Assembly: GCF_038025025.1 (NCBI RefSeq)
Contig: NW_027117338.1
Location: 992,001 to 1,056,000, forward strand
Length of the DNA stretch: 64,000 nt
Origin: Phyllosticta citribraziliensis
Lineage: Eukaryota
Reading direction: 5' to 3'
Every line of letters starts with the position of its first letter. Position 1 is the first letter of the stretch. Below are positions 59,472-64,000 of the stretch, in pieces. A program made the position numbers and the translations under genes. The notes beneath the pieces are model-generated. The model was not told where the DNA came from. It ran no database searches and saw only the letters and a program-made list of their open reading frames with translations.

Positions 59472-61329
59472 TCAGGTCCGCATTTCGTACGCCAAGCAGC
59501 CGATGCGCTGCAGAATCCACCAGAGCTGGGCTGCTTCGGGCTTGCCAAGGTCGCCCTTCTCCAATTCCTCCGAGGTCTTGTCGCGCGCGTAGTAGATGAT
59601 GGCCTTTTGCTGTTGTTCAGAGACGATGTCCTTGCCGCCAGCAGCCTGCAGAGTAATGCCCTGCCAGAGATCTTCCGGAAGCTCTCCAACAAGATCAGGG
59701 TCGCGCTCGAAGTCATCATTCTCTTCAAGGATGATGGGGACTGTCGTGTTCTGATGAATGAACCTGGCACCCTTGCATTGGGCCACCTGGTATGTCGCGT
59801 GGTTGGAGTTGAGCTCAGCAGTAGTGAAGCTGGCCGTTGCAGAAGGGTGCGGAAGGTCTGCTTCGGAAGATGCTGTCGCGCTTGAAGCGTTCAAGTGTGT
59901 GTCCATCATCTGCATGATCGGCATCCTATCGACGACTGGCAAAGGGGAATTCTCGTCTCGATCGCGGTTGAACAGGACCCGAGCGATGGCCAGCATCTTG
60001 AGAGCGCACTGCCACAGGTCGACACTGTCGTATCCACACTGCTCAAGAGTGCTACGCTGGATCTTCTTGCGGTAATTCTCAATGTCCAATCCGACCGAAT
60101 GCTTCCTGTGATCGTGCATGGACCGTCTCCTCAGAATATCCAGAGCATTCGACATTCTTCTCAAGGTGTCGCGGGACGAAGGCGAGGAGCGTTCGTCCTC
60201 ATCCACCTGCTGATCACTGACCATCACGAATGATTCCTGCGACCCGTTGCTGGGAAGGTATCCCATCTCTTCCTCGATCCCAGTGAACTCGCGGCGTGCA
60301 TCTTCAGCCTTGTCAAGCAGCTTGAGTCCATTGTCGGTGAGCGCATTGTTCGGAAGGTAGACAACACCCCAACAACCAGTCCTGAGATGGTACTCGTCGA
60401 GTTGGTTTGCCTGTGGTCCAGCCTTCAGAGGGCACATGAGTTGCGGTGGAAAGTAGTGCTTCTCCAGAGCGTACGAGAGGAACAGGGCTCCACAGTCCGT
60501 CATAGAGCAGTCATTGAGGATGATGTATGGAACAGCGCGCAGGCCCTCCCGACGCTTGAGGTATGTGCCTTTGGACATGTGCTCGGCGCAGAGGCTCAGC
60601 TTGCGGGTCCGTTCAGTGAGGGTCGCAGTGGAATCGCCATCGACAGCTTTGTCTTCTTCGCTGGTATAGCTGCCCGTCCACTCTTCAAGTTCAAGTGGCT
60701 CGACCACAGGCTGCTTCACATAGACCCTCGTCAGGCATTCAAATGCTCGTGGTCCGCTCAAGTTGTTGTGGCTGAGGTCGAGCCTTCGAAGCACTCGGCA
60801 GTGCCTCAGAGATTCAAGAAAAAAGGTAAAGTCGCAAGCCTCCTGGTCACTCTTGACGGTGATGTTGTTGTTTGACAGATCCAGGTCGACGATCTCGAGT
60901 TGCGCGAGTTTGATGATTTTGGCCAGCGCGCGCAAAGAGGCTGTAGTGAGGTCGTTGCCAGAGAGATGCAGCTCCTCCAGTCGATTCGGCGACACTCCGT
61001 TTCGCGCCTCCAAGGTCTCCGCGAGACCCTCAATCATGGACAGACATCCTTCGTCGGTGAGCTTTTTTCCAGGAAGCTCGAGGACGAGCGGCGAGATCTC
61101 TGGACGAGGGATGGACTTGGCAAAGCATTGCTTCGTTTGCTTGCGCTGTGCGAGATGTCAGCAAACTGCAGCTGGCTGAGCAGGAGCGGTCAGGCGCACC
61201 AAGTCTTTTGCGACGATTTGACCCAGCTTGGGTCCATCGGACTTTCGCTGCGAGCGGAGTGTTAGCTTGCGTGCGATGCGAGTTGGGAGTTTGCGACAGC
61301 GTCCTTACATTTTTGTAATTGAGCTTCAT
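59472..61329 (-). CDS. RNI-like leucine-rich repeat protein, ~580 aa, 3 exons
   Basis: Exons 61329-61309, 61247-61200, 61145-59472; LEELHLSGNDLT, IVDLDLSNNNIT, LRRLDLSHNNLS. Confidence 0.85.
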
Positions 61330-62059
61330 TGCGCTCAGGTAAGCGCGTCAGGTGTCGCGCGCCGAGAGTGGTGATGTCGTGGTCGGCGCCGTTGGTGGGT
61401 GTGTTGTGGAGAAGGGAGGGTCAGTATTGCGACGGCGTCGTCGACGTCGACGTGCGCCCGCAGCTTGGAGACTGGAAGCAGTCGCGAACAAAACAGAAAG
61501 AGCGACCCCAGGCAGGCAGGGACGCCAGATTTGGGAAAATGGCAGCACAGATTTCTTCAGCCAGGTGCATGCAACATATAAGCAAACCACGTCGCGGGTC
61601 GGAAACGGGTGATTGCAGCCACCTTGATCCGCCTTGAGAAGAAACGTCCCTCTCCATTCACCAAACAGAAGCTCGTTTGTACAGGTTCAATTCCAAAAAG
61701 AAAATATCATGGGTATCTTTCCTCTTTCTACGAGAGCCAATGGCCTACCAGACGATCAAACCGTTGCGGAACACTCAACGGCGACGGTCAACTCTCTGGA
61801 TATGCCTCCATCGCTCCCTAGCAGCCAGCAGTCTAATCAGCCAAGCCCGTATTTCTACGTGTTGTGCTCAAGGTCTAAACGGAGAAGCAGTTGCAAAGCC
61901 CCGTTGACGGCTGTCTTGTCTTGCGCGGACTCAATTTCCGCGAATACCTCTTTGAGCGACAAGAGAGTGTGGCAAAGCCAGTCGCTTCGGCCCGAGACAT
62001 CTTGTCGCGTTGACTTGTTCGGGTTGGAATGTCTTGACATGAAGCTGACGTCGTGGAGT

Positions 62060-63499
62060 TCATATCGCCGTGATGGAGATTTCTCGTACAGCTCGAGTCA
62101 GGCTGCGTTCGTCTTCTGCTTGCGAATTCTCTTCGCCCATTCCGACAGACGTCTTGGGGCGATTTTTGTTCAAGCCCTCCAAAAGCATGCATGCTTTGCA
62201 AATGGTCTGGCTGGACAGGTAGCCGCAGCGAACACATTGTCCCATTGTCTGATTGACGGCTTTCTTTGTCTGGGCATCTCGCGAAGGGTGGCCATTTGTT
62301 TGGTCCTTTGCCTTGCTCTTCTTCTTTGGGGCCTTTGGAGCAACGGAACTCAAGGTTATTTCTGTTTCTAGCCCTTGGGATTCCGCAGCCTGATTTTGTG
62401 TGAGGGCAAGTTCCATCTTGGCCATGTCCCCGCCCGAGCTTCGGCCTTGCGCGCTTCCACATCCACCTTCTTCTTCGTCGGGGACCGCTTGGGCAGCAGA
62501 TCCGCATCCGGTTCCTCCGCAAGTCTTGTCGCCATCTGCCCCTGGGACCAGCTTGGCCATGTCTTCTCCGCTTCTCACGACATCCAGAATTGCGCTTGGC
62601 CGCACACGCTCTAGGTTTTTAATCAAGGCTCTGGCACTTCCACGGAATGCTTCGGGGGAATATATGCACTCGGTGCTGAAGTAGTCGAGATTCTTGTGGT
62701 GGGCGTAGAGGACGATTTCCTTTTCGTAGGCGTACTTGAGCGGCTTGCTTCTCTTTATTTTGGTGTGATCGAACATGGGCTTTCCGTCAGGACCAGAAGG
62801 GGGCGGAGCAGCAGAAGGAGTCGACGTCACGATCGAGGTAGTTCGGGCAAGCCGAGGGAGATCGCCTCTGAGCACTGGGATTCGTCGTCAGCTTTGGTGT
62901 TTTCGAAGGGTGATACACAAGAGACTAGGATGAAGGCAAAATCCATTCCACTCCTTACAATTCATGAGCACTGTCTCTGCGACATCATCTGCATTGTGGC
63001 CAGTGACGACATGGCCAACGCCCAACTTTGCGGCTCCGCGGTCAAGCGCCTGGCGCCTGAAGACACCACAGTAGGTACAGTTTCCTTTCTTGCCAACCTG
63101 CTCGACTACTTGATCCATTGTCCAGCCATAGAGCTCGTCGTAGCCAACGATGGTCAAGGGCATGTCGTACTGATGGGCATTTCGTTTGACCGTCTCCAGA
63201 CTATCATCTCGGTATCCCTTGATGCCCTCATCGATACTCAGAAGTATGAGCTCGACGCCATAGTCGTAGCGCTCGTTGAGGGTCTTGAGGACGCTGGCGA
63301 GAACGGTGCTGTCCTTGCCACCGGAGGCACCAATCGCAATCTTTTCGCCGCGCTGGAAGAGGTTGGTCGAGGTAATGGTGTGATGGATTTCAGTCTCAAA
63401 GACTTCGAGGAAGCAAGGCTTGCACAATTTCTGGTGATTTTTGGGCCGCAATATCAGGGCGCGGTTGCGCTGGCATAGGGCGCAGAGCGAGGGCGGCAT
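62060..63499 (-). CDS. NCS6: Cytoplasmic tRNA 2-thiolation protein 1 (Ncs6/Ctu1), ~451 aa
   Basis: Exons 63499-62959 and 62874-62060; PP-loop [37 protein letters not shown], terminal CxxC pairs. Confidence 0.96.
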
Positions 63500-64000
63500 T
63501 TTGGAGAAAGTGTTGGAGTTGGGAGGCCTGAGTCAGTGGAAATGGATGAGCCGTGAGACGCGGCTCGCGGCTCCGCTTCGCCCCGCCGCTAGGGCGCGTT
63601 GGCCCTGGTGCGTGGGGAGCCCTGGCCCGGGCCAATATCAACACCACACCTATCGACAAAGCTTGCACAGGTGCCAGGACGCGACTTGATGACTTGGTCA
63701 CCATTGATTGGCCTCTTCGATGGAATTAATGAAAACCAGCCCGTTCGATTGGATGGTTGCACCAGTAGCACTGACAGCGCGCTGCGACGCGGCATGGCCG
63801 TTATGATCGGGATGCTATACTGTCGGGCGACAATGACGTGCAGCGGGGCTGGATAGATGAGCGAGGGAAATTGATTTGACTGAATCGGAGATATCGCCAG
63901 TATTTGTTCCTGACTTTCATCTCTCACCTCACGATGGGCATCGAAGCCTACAGTGCAGCTAAGTAACATGCCCATACCCATCTCTTGACACGACCCAAGG

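Overview
Gene-dense euchromatic window of a filamentous ascomycete (Pezizomycotina; Dothideomycete-like is my impression from the proteins, not a tested result). Introns are mostly short (45-120 nt) GT-AG with CTRAY branch points. I reconstructed about 27 protein-coding genes by hand, including LYS12, an MPDU1-like PQ-loop protein, a GH17 EglC-like glucanase, two MFS transporters, a DCAF7-like WD40 protein, CAB4, ATG28, PAB1, FBP1, FMC1, an EngB-type GTPase, RNase T2, a SET methyltransferase, QCR6, MRPS8, MDP1, an LRR protein and NCS6, plus one intron-containing tRNA-Asn(GTT). The main signal invisible in the ORF track is at about 33.4-34.9 kb: a spliced host gene with six consecutive introns, each carrying a box C/D snoRNA. 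These match the yeast snR78-snR72 cluster in order (a dual-guide snR78+snR72, then snR77, 76, 75, 74, 73), with a nearly constant 49-54 nt from box D to the branch point. The spliced host also carries a 5-codon uORF and a 67-codon ORF crossing three junctions. Other points: an A-rich leader and 5'UTR intron in PAB1, an in-frame 150-nt exitron candidate in QCR6, a duplicated N-terminus and stop-interrupted tail on the EngB GTPase, and an accessory-looking 46-54 kb segment with a 13-exon dynamin-like GTPase (GC-AG intron, 10-nt micro-exon) and an orphan membrane protein with a ~100-residue Asp/Glu tract. Exon boundaries were read by eye; homology calls and yeast rRNA/snoRNA numbering are from recall, not database searches.
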